DNA from: the human T2T-CHM13v2.0 reference genome, Homo sapiens
DNA length: 64,000 bases
Direction: 5' to 3'
NCBI GenBank assembly: GCA_009914755.4
Contig: CP086569.2
Span: 2,048,001 to 2,112,000 of the forward strand
In this document: one piece after another, positions 46,052 through 60,970 of the stretch
How positions within the stretch are numbered: position 1 is the stretch's first letter
Layout: the number at the start of each line of letters is the position of its first letter
Made by a program: the position numbers and the translations under genes
The notes under the pieces: generated by a model
Seen by the model: only the letters and a program-made list of their open reading frames with translations
Told to the model about the DNA's origin: nothing
The model's database searches: none

Positions 46052-47172
46052 TCAACTAGACCTCACTGTGACCTAACCAAACCACACATCATCATGATCT
46101 AACTCAACCTGTCATCATGATCTAATCCAAGAGGACTTTATTGTGTTCTATTCAACTACCTCATGATGACATAACCCAGCTAGACCTTATCATGACCTAA
46201 TCCAACTAGACCTTATCATGACCTAACCCAACTAGACCTCATCATGATCTATCCACTAGGCCTCATCATGACCTTCCTAACTAGATCTCCTCATGATCTA
46301 ACCCAATTAGACGTCATCATGACCTACCCAACTAGACGTCAATGTGACCTGACCCAACTAGAACTCATTGAGTCTTAACCCAACTAGACTTCATCATGAC
46401 CTAGCCAAACCACACATCACCATGATCTGATCCAGCTAGATCTCATCATGCTATTACTGAAGTAGACTTCATTAAGACCTAATTAAATCACACCTCATAA
46501 TGATCTAACTCAACCAGTCATCCTAATCTAATCCAACAAGATTTCATCACATTCTACTCAACTACCTCATCATGACATAGCCAAACTAAACATTATGATG
46601 AACTAATACAACTAGACTTCATCATGACCTAACCAAACTGTACCTTACCATGATCTAATACAACCAAACCTCATCATGACTTAATACAAATAGACCTCAT
46701 CATGGCCTACCCAACTAGACCTCAATGTGACCTAACTCAACTACATTTCATCAGGACCTAACTCAACAAGACCTCATCATGACCTACCCAATTAGATCTC
46801 AAAGTGACCTAGCCCAACAAGATTTCATCATCACCTAAATAAGTCACACATCATCAAGTCTAATCCAACTAGATCTCATCATGCTGTTACTGAACTAGAC
46901 TTCATTAAGACCTAATCAAACCATACCTCATAATGACCTAACTCAACCAGTCATCATGATCTAATCGAACAAGACTTCATTACATTCTACTCAACTACTT
47001 CATCATGACATAACCAAAGGAGACGTTATCATGATCTAATACAACTAAACTTCATCATGACCAAACCAAACTGTACCTCAGCATGATCTAACTCAACCAG
47101 ACATCATCAGAACCTAATACAACTAGACTTCATCATGACCTGCCCAACTAGACCTCATCATGACCTAAACCA
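46052..47172. repeat. Same minisatellite, block 2 (about 43 copies over about 1.1 kb), after a ~970-bp unique interruption
   Basis: The array resumes at TCAACTAGACCTCACTGTGACCTAACCAAACCACACATCATCATGATCTAACTCAACC... with the same ~26-bp periodicity. It ends at about 47172 (...CATGACCTAAACCACCACAATGAGG). Confidence 0.9.
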
Positions 47173-47814
47173 CCACAATGAGGCAAAAAAGCACAAAGAA
47201 ATGGGGTGTTTTCTTCCTTTCCTAGTTTGATTAAGAATTAAACTAATAATTAAACATTGCCTAGCTAAATTAAGAATTAAGAAGATGAAAAAGATCATTG
47301 CACTGGAGGAGACAAAAGATCAAATATAACCAGTAATGGATGTGAGCCCTCCCATCTTTGTTCAACCTTGAGGGTCTCTCTTCATCCTACTCCACCATCA
47401 TTGAAGCCACTAGGCTCACATCCAGCCAACCTTCAGAGAATACCTATTGCTCTCCCTGTTCAAAAAATCAGCATCATTTTGACCCAGTCATCTCAAATAT
47501 TGGCAGAAGTCTGAGATATAGAAAGTCCTGGAAAGTTTGTCATGTTGTTAATGATACAGCAGATATCCACCTAGCATGGATGGTCAAAACCAAGGGTTGC
47601 CATCCATCACCACCTCACAGTCTCCAAGCTAAATCTCAGAAACCCCCTGCCCTACATCTTGTCTCTAATTTACTCAGGTCCCAGGGAGATGTAAACAGAT
47701 CATGGAGGTGCTCAAGTTCATAAGAAGTTCTAGAAATACACTCTCAGATGGGCACCCTCTCCCCTGGGGTCTCCTCATCTAAACCCAATCCTTTTGCATC
47801 TAGAGGGGGCGCAA

Positions 47815-48098
47815 TAAACTGAATGTTTGTATCCCTCCAAAGTTCCTATGTTGAAATTCTAACATCCCCAGTGATTCTGTTGGGAGGCGGAGGCTTTGCG
47901 GGATGATTAGGTCACGAGGGTGGAGCACAATGAATGGAATTAGTACCCTTATAAAAGAGACCCCATCCAGGTTCCACCATGTGAGGACACAGGAGAAAGT
48001 GGCCATCCACAACCTAGAAGACAGACTACACCAGAATCTGACCACACTGACCCCCTGGTCTTGGGACTTCCAGCCTTGAGAACTGTAGGACAATAAGT
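47815..48098 (+). mobile_element. MaLR LTR (MST/MLT1-like) 3' portion, interrupted by the L1 insertion; its remainder lies at about 48709-48765
   Basis: ...CCCAGTGATTCTGTTGGGAGGCGGAGGCTTTGCGGGATGATTAGGTCACGAGGGTGGAGCACAATGAATGGAATTAGTACCCTTATAAAAGAGACCCCATCCAGGTTCCACCATGTGAGGACACAGGAGAAAGTGGCCATCCACAACCTAGAAGACAGACTACACCAGAATCTGACCACACTGACCCCCTGGTCTTGGGACTTCCAGCCTTGAGAACTGTAGGACAATAAGTTTCTATGGTTT then, after the L1, GCAAGGCACTCAGGCTACAGCAGCCCAAACACACCAAGACAG. Confidence 0.55.
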
Positions 48099-48708
48099 TT
48101 CTATGGTTTATTGTGGAAGTCAGTGTGGCGATTCCTCAGGGATCTAGAACTAGAAATACCATTTGACCCAGCCATCCCATTACTGGGTATATACCCAAAG
48201 GATTATAAATCATGCTGCTATAAAGACACACGCACACGTATGTTTATAGCAGCACTATTCACAATAGCAAAGACTTGGAACCAACCTAAATGTCCAACAA
48301 CGATAGACTGGATTAAGAAAATGTGGCACATATACACCACAGAATACTATGCAGCCATCAAAAATGATGAGTTCATGTCCTTCGTAGGGACATGGATGAA
48401 GCTGGAAACCATCATTCTCAGCAAACTATCGCAAGGACAAAAAACCAAACACCGCATGTTCTCACTCATAGGTGGGAACTGAACAATGAGAACACATGGA
48501 CACAGGAAGGGGAACATCACACACCGGGGACTGTTGTGGGGTGGGGGGAGGGGGGAGGGATAGCATTAGGAGATATACCTAATGCTAAATGACGAGTTAA
48601 TAGGTGCAGCGCACCAGCATGGCACATGTATACATATGTAACAAACCTGCACGTTGTGCACATGTACCCTAAAACTTAAAGTATAATAATAAAATTTTAA
48701 AAAAAAAG
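48099..48708 (+). mobile_element. Young L1 (L1PA-like) 3' terminus, about 600 bp, with a 14-bp TSD, inserted into the MaLR LTR
   Basis: ATTGTGGAAGTCAGTGTGGCGATTCCTCAGGGATCTAGAACTAGAAATACCATTTGACCCAGCCATCCCATTACTGGGTATATACCCAAAGGATTATAAATCATGCTGCTATAAAGACACACGCACACGTATGTTTATAGCAGCACTATTCACAATAGCAAAGACTTGGAACCAACCTAAATGTCCAACAACGATAGACTGGATTAAGAAAATGTGGCACATATACACCACAGAATACTATGCAGCCATCAAAAATGATGAGTTCATGTCCTTCGTAGGGACATGGATGAAGCTGGAAACCATCATTCTCAGCAAACTATCGCAAGGACAAAAAACCAAACACCGCATGTTCTCACTCATAGGTGGGAACTGAACAATGAGAACACATGGACACAGGAAGGGGAACATCACACACCGGGGACTGTTGTGGGG...GTACCCTAAAACTTAAAGTATAATAATAAAATTTTAAAAAAAAA is near-identical to the young L1 consensus. The TSD AGTTTCTATGGTTT lies at 48085-48098 and 48709-48722. 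Confidence 0.9.
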
Positions 48709-48845
48709 TTTCTATGGTTTGCAAGGCACTCAGGCTACAGCAGCCCAAACACACCAAGACAGGAGAGTTAGGGACATGGATGAACTTGACAATTTCAAGA
48801 AATTGTCATAAAGTTTTAACTTGTCCCAGTCTATTAAGAGAATGA

Positions 48846-49575
<730 letters not shown>

Positions 49576-49589
49576 TCACCTGCTTCCGA

Positions 49590-50152
<563 letters not shown>

Positions 50153-50900
50153 TCATGTTTTGCAAAAGCCAAAAAGGCTCAAACTTAAGTGAAGGACGGA
50201 GCAAGGAGCCATGTGCGCTGACATGGACCACGCATCTCCAGGGAGACCAGAAGGCCACATGGGCTGAACATGGGGTTTCCCCATCTGAGTCAAAGACTCC
50301 TGGGGATTCCTGCATGAAATTCAGGAGGTTAGCATCAGCAAGGTTAGCATTTTCTTCTTTTGTAAATGGAGATGAGAAAACACAGAGGTGTGGGCAGCAG
50401 CCGTGCATTTGCCCCAGCAGAAACTGCCATGGAGATTTTTGGAGAGAGCTAACTCAAAGCCAAGTGGATGGCCATCGAGGCTCAGAATGCTAGCAGCTAT
50501 TGAAACGCATGAGGCCCAGGACCAGAGCAGCTATTTAAACGCATGAGTATATCACAGTTTTTATCGTATAGATGTAATGCATACAATGATGTGGAGAGTT
50601 CATTTTTTCCTTATACCTTTTATCTGCATCTCAACTTCATCGATTCGTAACATGATGACTTTTAGCCTGTCCAATGAGCATCAACAGATGTCCAGAGGTT
50701 CAAGGCCTGGAAAGACTCTTTGCTGAGCCCTGGTCACCAGATCAGACTCATGCTCTTATGCTTGAGCCTTTTGGGCTATCGCAAAGGCATTCAAGGCCCA
50801 GAAAAGTGTCTGTCCTGGACAGAGCTCCTCAAAGATAAGGAAGAACTGAGACAAATTCATGTTGAAATCTCCAGCCCTAAGCATTGTTTATGATCCGTGA

Positions 50901-51278
<378 letters not shown>

Positions 51279-51377
51279 CTGGAAAGTGTTAAGTCAATAC
51301 GATCCTGCATATCTCAAACCAGACCTACAGTATGATGTTTATAAAAGCAGACACCATAAAAGTTATTAAAAGCAAAG

Positions 51378-51828
<451 letters not shown>

Positions 51829-51839
51829 TAACTTTTTTA

Positions 51840-52317
<478 letters not shown>

Positions 52318-52669
52318 TTAATTAAATGCAGATAGTGTCAAGAGTGGGCATAATACACATTAAGGCTTTTATTTTTCCAAGCTCATCTCCACACATCATT
52401 TAAGCTAGCTGATTTAGACTTCCCCAGGTATGCAATAGACTCTCTCCCCTCCTCCCCGCCCCCCACTCCGTCTCCATTGGCAGTAGTGGAATGGGTTAAT
52501 TTGAACTGTCCTCATATTCCCAGTTGAAGGGAGACCTGAAGAGGTCACAGAGGAAGAGGAGTCAGAGATCACGATAAGCTTTTAGAGAAATTTTCAAAAA
52601 GAAGAGCAGAAATCAAACTGTGAGTGTCTATAGGTCATGGTTGCAGAAGAAACAAGTATCCCGCAACAT

Positions 52670-53335
52670 TGTTCAGATTCTGTTAGGAGCTTGTGTTTGA
52701 ACAAAATTCATAAATTGAAGTCCTAAAGCCCAGGGCCTCAGAATGTGACTGTGTTTGGAAATAAGGTCTTTAAAGTGGTGATTAAGGTAAAATGAGGTCA
52801 CCAGAGTGGGCCCCGATCTAATTGAACTGGTGTCCTTATAAGGAGAGCATATGAGGACACGGACACACACAGAGGGATGACCCTGTGAGGACACAGAGAG
52901 AAACCAAGGAGAGAGGCCTCAGGAGGAACCAGCCCTGCCCACACCTGGATCTCAGACATCCAGCCTCCAGGACTGTGGGAAACTCAATGTCTGTTGTATA
53001 TAAGCTGCCCATTCTATGGTAATTCTGTTATAGCGCCTGAAATGGACTAAGACATCTCAGGAGAAGAGGAGATGAAAACACACAGAGGGACGACCCTGTG
53101 AGGACACAGGGAGAAGATGGTGTCTACAAGCCAAGGAGTGAGGTGTCGGGAGGAACCAGCCTTACTCACACTGTGATATTGAACCTCCAGCCTCTGGAAT
53201 TGGGAGGAACCAGCCCTACTTACACTGTGATATTGAACCTCCAGCCTCTGGAATTGTGAAAAATAAATTTTGGCTTTTTAAGCAACCTCCAGTCTCCTTG
53301 AGATACTTTGTTATAACAGCCCTAGTAAAGTCATA
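52670..53335 (+). mobile_element. MaLR LTR (MLT1/MST-like) with a tandem duplication of its 3' ~225 bp (two copies: about 52835-53055 and 53056-53335), plus an internal 52-bp tandem repeat
   Basis: ...GTCCTAAAGCCCAGGGCCTCAGAATGTGACTGTGTTTGGAAATAAGGTCTTTAAAGTGGTGATTAAGGTAAAATGAGGTCACCAGAGTGGGCCCCGATCTAATTGAACTGGTGTCCTTATAAGGAGAGCATATGAGGACACGGACACACACAGAGGGATGACCCTGTGAGGACACAGAGAGAAACCAAGGAGAGAGGCCTCAGGAGGAACCAGCCCTGCCCACACCTGGATCTCAGACATCCAGCCTCCAGGACTGTGGGAAACTCAATGTCTGTTGTATATAAGCTGCCCATTCTATGGTAATTCTGTTATAGCGCCTGAAATGGACTAAGACATCTCAGGAGAAGAGGAGATGAAAACACACAGAGGGACGACCCTGTGAGGACACAGGGAGAAGATGG... The second copy contains GGGAGGAACCAGCC(T/C)TACT(C/T)ACACTGTGATATTGAACCTCCAGCCTCTGGAATTG twice. 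Confidence 0.6.
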
Positions 53336-53577
53336 AAGATATATGGTTATTTTTTTCCAGTAAACCATGTGAAAGAAACACAGGATCAATATTTAAGCAG
53401 AATATATATCTACTTCCAAAAGGGTACAACAATTTTCTGTGTTTTCTAGGTTGTGAATATCACCTTCATGAGCTTTCTGGATCTGACTGAATTTTCTATA
53501 TGCACATCAACATTTGCATACATGTCTGAATCAACACCTAAGTAGCTCACATTAGGTATAAGACACAACTAACTCTG

Positions 53578-53885
53578 CCAGGCGCAGTGGCTCACACCTG
53601 TAATCCTAGCACTTTGGGAGGCCACGGCAGGCGGATGGCTTGAGCTCAGGAGTTCAAGACCAGCCTGGCCAGCATATGGAAACTCTGTCTCTACTAAAAA
53701 TACAAAAATTATCCAGGCGTGGTGGTGCATGTCTGTAAACCCAGCTACTCGGGAGGCTGAGGTAGGAGAATCACTTTAACCCAGGAGGTGGAGGCTGCAG
53801 TGAGCCAAGATTGCACCACTGCAGTCCAGCACGGGTTGACGGACTGCGATCCTGTCTCAGAAAAAAAAAAAAAACCGAAAAAACA
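53578..53885 (+). mobile_element. Alu SINE (full length)
   Basis: GCCAGGCGCAGTGGCTCACACCTGTAATCCTAGCACTTTGGGAGGCCACGGCAGGCGGATGGCTTGAGCTCAGGAGTTCAAGACCAGCCTGGCCAGCATATGGAAACTCTGTCTCTACTAAAAATACAAAAATTATCCAGGCGTGGTGGTGCATGTC...GCAGTCCAGCACGGGTTGACGGACTGCGATCCTGTCTCAGAAAAAAAAAAAAAACC. Confidence 0.9.
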
Positions 53886-55024
53886 AAAAACACAAGTAAC
53901 TGTAAAAGTCATCACCTATGATAACATGCATGCCAAGTCTCGCCAGATGCTTCGCTGTAGAATAGCCAATGCCATCTGTCCCTCCCGTCACTATAGCGAC
54001 ACGGTCAGGTCGTGGGGGGAAAACTGAAAAAGAAGAAGAGAAAATCATCAAACTAAGATTTGAAAGCAGAGCACATATTTGTAAGAATTAAGCCTCCAGA
54101 GAGGCAAGATGCCAAAGGGAGTTATGGTTCAATTATTTCTGGTTCTGTTCCTCTTGAATTCCCACAGGCTCAGGAGGCATGAATGTATTAAAGTGGATTC
54201 GCCCCCAGTAATGACAGTGCAGTAAAAAACCACCTGATAAATCCCCTGTCATCCCCTGTGAGTCCCTGGCAGGCTCTGCAATATGCCGTCGGTGTGACCG
54301 GCAGAAAGGTCTGCAGAACGGATACCCTTTACAGAGGCGAGCAAGAATCCTGGAATAACCTCTGCTCTCAGGGCAGCACTGAGCAGGACATTTTTGTTCG
54401 TTTGCGTTGTAAAATGTAGACTTTATTATGATGTAGGTATGGTGGGGCCAACAGATCAGGAGACTGCCGTTAAGCAAGTGGTTTGTTACTCACAGGTCCC
54501 AAGAGGAGGGGCGTGTTGACACCACTCAGGACCACACAGGGGCGCACCAAGTTTGGTCAGGTGGGAAGACAAAGGAGACCAGAGCTCTCACTGTGGTTTC
54601 CAAGGGAAGGAACAGGCGAGTAGGCTTACAGTTGGCTAGTGTGAATGATTTCAGCAGGCTCTGGGGCATAGGGGCTGTCCCTGACTCTCTGGTACCTGGC
54701 TTTGGGGTGGTTAGGGCAGGTGGAGAGTGACGTGGAATATGCAACCCCAATAAAGGAGATGGCTGGGGGGTGGATTCTGGATTGATGGGTTTGCATATGA
54801 AAGACAGGTTCATAGGTGGGCTCTTCACCACCTCTGGGGATTCGCTAGCTATGGGAGGGGCAGGGTCTCTAGGGTTGACAAGGCCATGAAAGTCATGCAT
54901 CAGAACACAGAAAATAAAAGACTTGGTTAATACAGTTTGCTTCATAGCTGCTGGTATCACACGTGCAGATAGCATCTCACTTGAATTTCTGGTTAAGACG
55001 AGTGATCCACATTTTGAGGGAGAT

Positions 55025-55615
55025 TTGTATTTCTTTTTCTTCCTTCCACTTGTCCTCCCTTCCTTCTCTCCATCTTTCCTTCCTTCCTTCCCTCTTTCCT
55101 TCCTTCCTCCTTCCTTCTCTTTTTCCTTTCTTCCTTCATTCCTTCCTTCCTTCATTCTTTCCTTCCCTCCCTCTTTCCTTCCCTCCCTCCTTCCTTCCTT
55201 CCCTCCCTCTTTCCTTTCTTCATTCCTTCCTTCCCTCCCTTTTTCCTTCCTTCCTCCTTCCTTCTTTCCTTCCTTCCTTCCCTCTTTCTTTTCTTCATTC
55301 CTTCCTTCCCTCCCTCTTTCCTTCTTTCCTTTCCTCTTTCCCTCCTTTCTTCTTTACTTCCTTGTCTCACTCCTTCTTTCTTCTTTTCCTTTTTCCTTCC
55401 CTCCCTTTCCTTCCTTTCTCCTTCCATCCTTTCCTCTTCACTTCTTTCTCTCACTTTTTCCTTCCTTCCTTCCCTTCCCTTCCTTTCCTCTTTACTTCCT
55501 TCTCTCACTCTTTCCTTCCTTCTTTCCCTCTTTCCTTCCCTCCCTCTTTCCTTTCTTTCCTCCCTCTTTCCTTCCTTTCTTCCTCCTTCCTTCTGTCCAT
55601 CTTCTAACCCTTCCC
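55025..55615. repeat. About 590 bp polypyrimidine (plus strand) / polypurine (minus strand) tract, (TTCC)n/(TCCC)n/(CTTT) mirror repeats
   Basis: The plus strand is almost exclusively C and T from about 55025 to 55615 (CTTCCTTCCACTTGTCCTCCCTTCCTTCTCTCCATCTTTCCTTCCTTCCTTCCCTC...). It explains the 250-aa and 214-aa Ser/Phe/Leu/Pro ORFs on the plus strand and the 165-aa Lys/Glu/Arg/Gly ORF on the minus strand. Confidence 0.9.
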
Positions 55616-56569
55616 TCCTTCTTTTATAAAATATGTGTAGAGCCCACACTCTGTGCCCAGCATACAGGGAAATGAATTAGACAAAGATAAACATGTTGTC
55701 TGCCTCAAGGACATTTGGTTCCCCTGGGAAAGATACCAACCACTCTAAATACACAGATGTGTCTGGCAATAATGCAGAACTTTCCAGATCTCACATCTTC
55801 CAGTTATGAATGAACTTCAAAGGAAGAAGAGGAAAGGGAGAAGCAGTGATTCTGGACGGAGGGTTAGAGAACAATCTTCCAAGGAGGGGCTCCTGAGCTG
55901 ATGTTGTGACGGTGAGAGCAAAAGTCTAGCAGGCCTGGGATATTCCAGGAAGAGGAAGGCGGCTGGCTGGCTAGCTGGAGCCAAGCACATGGAAGGAGGG
56001 AAGAGAGGAGGGAAGAAGGAGTAGGGGCACCCCAGAGTTCGTGAGCTTCTCTCTGGCAGACAGGGCGTCATCACGGGGCTCTGAGCCAATCTGTGATATG
56101 TTTCACAGGAAGGAATAGATTCATGGAGAATCCACTTGAGCTGGAGGAAGACAAGGCTATCAAGGGTCTCCTGAAGCAGCTGCAGGGACTGACGGGGGAG
56201 CTCCGCCACAGTTCAGCACAGGTGGTATGAGAGGTGCTGGATTCAGAATATGTCTCACAGGTACTGGCCACAGGGGTGCTGGTGGGAGTCAGACTTCTCG
56301 CGTTCAAAATAAAAAGAAATCACAAGACAAGGACAGAGAGGGGGACATGATGAGGCAAGAATGACTCCTTGTACTGGGGGCTGAGAAAATTCAAGGAGGG
56401 AATTTCCATGAATTCCCTTGAGAAAGAAAGACTGAGGGAAAAGTGGATTTTGCAGGCAGGTAGTCAGGAAAGTCCCTTTCTGTGAATTATTATAGGCACA
56501 TATGATCTTTTTCAAGTTAGGAGATTATTTTGTTCAACATATTTGGAATGTTCTTTATTAAAATATAAA

Positions 56570-56998
56570 GCCTAAGTGTCCACCATCAGACAATTTGATT
56601 TTTTAAAATATGGCACATATATACCATGGAATACTACACAGCCATGAAAAGGAATGATGTTGTGTCTTTTGCAGCAACACGAAGGGAACTGGAGGCCATT
56701 ATCCTAAGTGAAATGGCTCAGAAACAGAAAGTCAAGTACCACATGTTATCCCTTATAAGCGGGAATTAAATAATGTGTACACGTCGACATAGAGCATAAA
56801 AAATAGACATCGAGGACTCAGAAGTCTCACAGGGTGGGATGGGATGAGGGATGAGAAATTACCTATTGGCTACCATGTACGTTATTTGAGTGATGGCCTC
56901 ACTAACAGCCCAAACATTACCACTATGCAATATATTCATGTAACACAAGTGTACTCATACCCACAAAATCTATAAAAATACAAAGGTAATTTAAATAG
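56570..56998 (+). mobile_element. Old L1 LINE 3'-end fragment (L1PB/L1MA-like)
   Basis: AAGCCTAAGTGTCCACCATCAGACAATTTGATTTTTTAAAATATGGCACATATATACCATGGAATACTACACAGCCATGAAAAGGAATGATGTTGTGTCTTTTGCAGCAACACGAAGGGAACTGGAGGCCATTATCCTAAGTGAAATGGCTCAGAAACAGAAAGTCAAGTACCACATGTTATCCCTTATAAGCGGGAATTAAATAATGTGTACACGTCGACATAGAGCATAAAAAATAGACATCGAGGACTCAGAAGTCTCACAGGGTGGGATGGGATGAGGGATGAGAAATTACCTATTGGCTACCATGTACGTTATTTGAGTGATGGCCTCACTAACAGCCCAAACATTACCACTATGCAATATATTCATGTAACACAAGTGTACTCATACCCACAAAATCTATAAAAATACAAAGG. Confidence 0.6.
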
Positions 56999-57027
56999 AA
57001 ATAGGTTTATAAATCATTCCACTATAA

Positions 57028-57508
57028 CGACACACACACGTATGTTTATTGCAGCACTGTTCACAATAGTAAAGACTTGGAACCAACCCAAATGCCCATC
57101 AACGATAGACTGAATAAAGAAAATGTGGCACATGGACACCATGGAATACTATGCAGCCATAAAAAAGGATGAGTTCATGTCCTTTGCAGGGACATGGATG
57201 AAGCTGGAAACCATCCTTCTCAGCGAACTAACACAAGAACAGAAAACCAAACACCACATGTTCTCACTCACAAGTGGGAGTTGAACAATGAGAACACATG
57301 GAAACAGGGAGGGGAACATCACACACCAGGGCCTGTCAGGAGGTGAGGGACTAGGGGAGGGAGAGCATTAGGACAAACACCTAATGTAGATGATGGGTTG
57401 ATGGGTGCAGCAAACCACCATGGCACGTGTATACCTATGTAACAAACCTGCACGTTCTGCACATGTACCCCAGAACTTAAAGTATAATAAAATAAAATAA
57501 AACAATAA
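57028..57508 (+). mobile_element. L1 LINE 3' terminus (L1PA-like, about 480 bp) immediately downstream of the older L1 fragment
   Basis: GACACACACACGTATGTTTATTGCAGCACTGTTCACAATAGTAAAGACTTGGAACCAACCCAAATGCCCATCAACGATAGACTGAATAAAGAAAATGTGGCACATGGACACCATGGAATACTATGCAGCCATAAAAAAGGATGAGTTCATGTCCTTTGCAGGGACATGGATGAAGCTGGAAACCATCCTTCTCAGCGAACTAACACAAGAACAGAAAACCAAACACCACATGTTCTCACTCACAAGTGGGAGTTGAACAATGAGAACACATGGAAACAGGGAGGGGAACATCACACACCAGGGCCTGTCAGGAGG...ACCTAATGTAGATGATGGGTTGATGGGTGCAGCAAACCACCATGGCACGTGTATACCTATGTAACAAACCTGCACGTTCTGCACATGTACCCCAGAACTTAAAGTATAATAAAATAAAATAAAAC. Confidence 0.8.
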
Positions 57509-58025
57509 AGCCTATGCTGCTTTTCCATTTCACCTTTCCAAGTATAAAATGTTGTGTCTCCTCTCCCCCCAAAATAATTCCTATGTTGAGAACATACAAT
57601 CGCCAGGGTGATGGTATCAGGAGGTGGGGCCTGTGGAGGAGGCTTCAACATATAATCTGTTATTTGTCAGCCCGTACATTTCGTTGTCAGTATTGTGCGA
57701 ACAATCCTCTTGGTGTGTAAGACTTTCATTTTGTTTTTCTTGATACACGCATGAATCGATGAAAAAGTATGTTCACTTAGAAAATTGCCGAATAAGTTTT
57801 CCATATGCTTAGGTTTTCTGGTGTATCCCTCGTAACCTGAAGATAGAACCTGTACAATGACATTCCCGTGTTCCTGACCCAAGCTGAGGAACTTGCAAAT
57901 ACTATATGTAGTATCAGTAGATGAATTGATGTTCTTAATTTACTAAGTTTATTTTAAAAATAGGAATGTATTATTAAATTGTAATTACAGACACACAGTA
58001 TGCATATATACTGTGTATGTATACA

Positions 58026-58070
58026 TGTGTGTCTGTGTGTGGGTGTGTCTGTGTGTGTACATACATATTT
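58026..58070. repeat. Imperfect (GT)n / (GTCT) microsatellite
   Basis: GTGTGTCTGTGTGTGGGTGTGTCTGTGTGTGTACATACATA. Confidence 0.7.
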
Positions 58071-58170
58071 CTCAGCCCCAATGCCAACTTCCTAGTCAAT
58101 AAAGAAATCTCTAAAATCTTCCAGCTAAACTTGGAAAAGCAGCAAGTATCCATCCTGTTCTCTGTGATGC

Positions 58171-58463
58171 TTTTTTTTTTTTTGAGCTGGGGTCTCACTA
58201 CATTGCCCAGGCTGCAGTGCAGTGGTGCAATCATGGCTCGCTGAAGCCTCGACCTCCTGGACTCAAATGATCCTCCTGCCTCAGCCTCCCAAGTAGCTGG
58301 GACTACAGGTGTGAGCCACCACACTTGGCTAATTTTTTTTACTATTTTTTTTGTAAAGATGGGGTCTTGCTGTGTTGCCCAGACCGGTCTTGATCTCCGG
58401 GGCTCAAGTCATCCTCCCACCCCGGCCTCCCAAAGAGCTGGATTCCAGGAGTGCACCCTGTCA
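58171..58463 (-). mobile_element. Old Alu (AluJ-like), minus orientation
   Basis: TTTTTTTTTTTTTGAGCTGGGGTCTCACTACATTGCCCAGGCTGCAGTGCAGTGGTGCAATCATGGCTCGCTGAAGCCTCGACCTCCTGGACTCAAATGATCCTCCTGCCTCAGCCTCCCAAGTAGCTGGGACTACAGGTGTGAGCCACCACACTTGGCTAATTTTTTTT...AAAGATGGGGTCTTGCTGTGTTGCCCAGACCGGTCTTGATCTCCGGGGCTCAAGTCATCCTCCCACCCCGGCCTCCCAAAGAGCTGGATTCCAGGAGTGCACC. Confidence 0.8.
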
Positions 58464-58894
58464 TTTAACATGCTACTGGAGATCTTATCCAACATGGTCA
58501 GACAAATAATTACAACAGACACAAGAACGGCAGAGGGAGAGTCAAAATATACTTTGCAGATGATATGATGGTATGCCAGGAAAAAACTAACAAAATCAAC
58601 ATTAAATAAATCCAAGAAGAGAATTCAGGAAGGTAGTCAGATAGAAAACTCAGAAGCAAATATCAATAGCTTCCATACATACACAAACAATTGGCAGGTT
58701 AAAAAGGTAGGGGAAGAGACAGTCCTGCTTATAATATAGAAACAACAGCAACACTGAAATGAGACTTGGTCATCGAGAGTGTGCAAAACCTATATCAGGA
58801 AACCTAAAGACATAAAAGTAGAGTTGAGGCCATGGAAAGATGCCCTCGGGTCTCGGTGAGGATGTCATGCCACATGGTTTTGGAGGTGCCCGTG

Positions 58895-58995
58895 GGGTCT
58901 TCCCTGAAAACGCACAGTGAGCCGTGATTGTGCCACTGCACCGCAGCCTGGGCAAGGTAGCGAGACCCCAGCTCAAAAAAAAAAAAAAAAAGCAT
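58895..58995 (+). mobile_element. Alu 3'-end fragment with poly(A)
   Basis: CCTGAAAACGCACAGTGAGCCGTGATTGTGCCACTGCACCGCAGCCTGGGCAAGGTAGCGAGACCCCAGCTCAAAAAAAAAAAAAAAA. Confidence 0.5.
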
Positions 58996-59445
58996 CACAG
59001 ATTGCAGAATGGACCCTTGCTGCATTTGTAACTTTAGCTAGAAGAGTTTAGTGTTTTCCTTACGGACCAGGAAGCTGGCATTGGGGCTGAGAAGTATGTA
59101 TGTACCCACACAGACACCCCCGCACACAACAGGTTGCAACAATCGCCTGACACCAGCCACCCGGTGCCTCTGCAGATGGGGAACATGTTTCGCAAGATCG
59201 GGCTTCCTCAGGGTTTTGGGTTTTCACAGCCAATGACTCGGCATGACCAGAGAACTGGCTGGACGCTCCTTCTACCCAATTCCTCGCCGTCTCTTTCTTC
59301 ACAGGTGTGAGGCACCTACACCATCACCTGCAAGCCTTCCTCCACTCTTCTGCCAGCGCCTGTTTGACCCTTCACACACAGTTCCCCTAGTAAATCTCTG
59401 GCCCATCATGTTCCTTCTTGGTGTGTGCTTCTCCAAAGACCCAAA

Positions 59446-59757
<312 letters not shown>

Positions 59758-59760
59758 GAC

Positions 59761-60970
<1,210 letters not shown>

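Noticed and set aside
42418-47172. A CRISPR-like interpretation of the regularly spaced ~26-bp repeat array
   Set aside because: The units are contiguous with no unique spacers and are degenerate copies of one another. The context is primate nuclear DNA full of Alu and L1. There are no cas-like ORFs. It is a eukaryotic minisatellite.
54526-55675. 250-aa and 214-aa Ser/Phe/Leu/Pro-rich ORFs (plus strand) and a 165-aa Lys/Glu/Arg/Gly-rich ORF (minus strand)
   Set aside because: They are generated by the 590-bp polypyrimidine/polypurine tract. The minus-strand 209-aa ORF (54526-55155) extends about 500 bp into unique DNA, but its sequence is low-complexity (KEGRKEKEKEGGRKERGKEGRK...) and unrecognisable.
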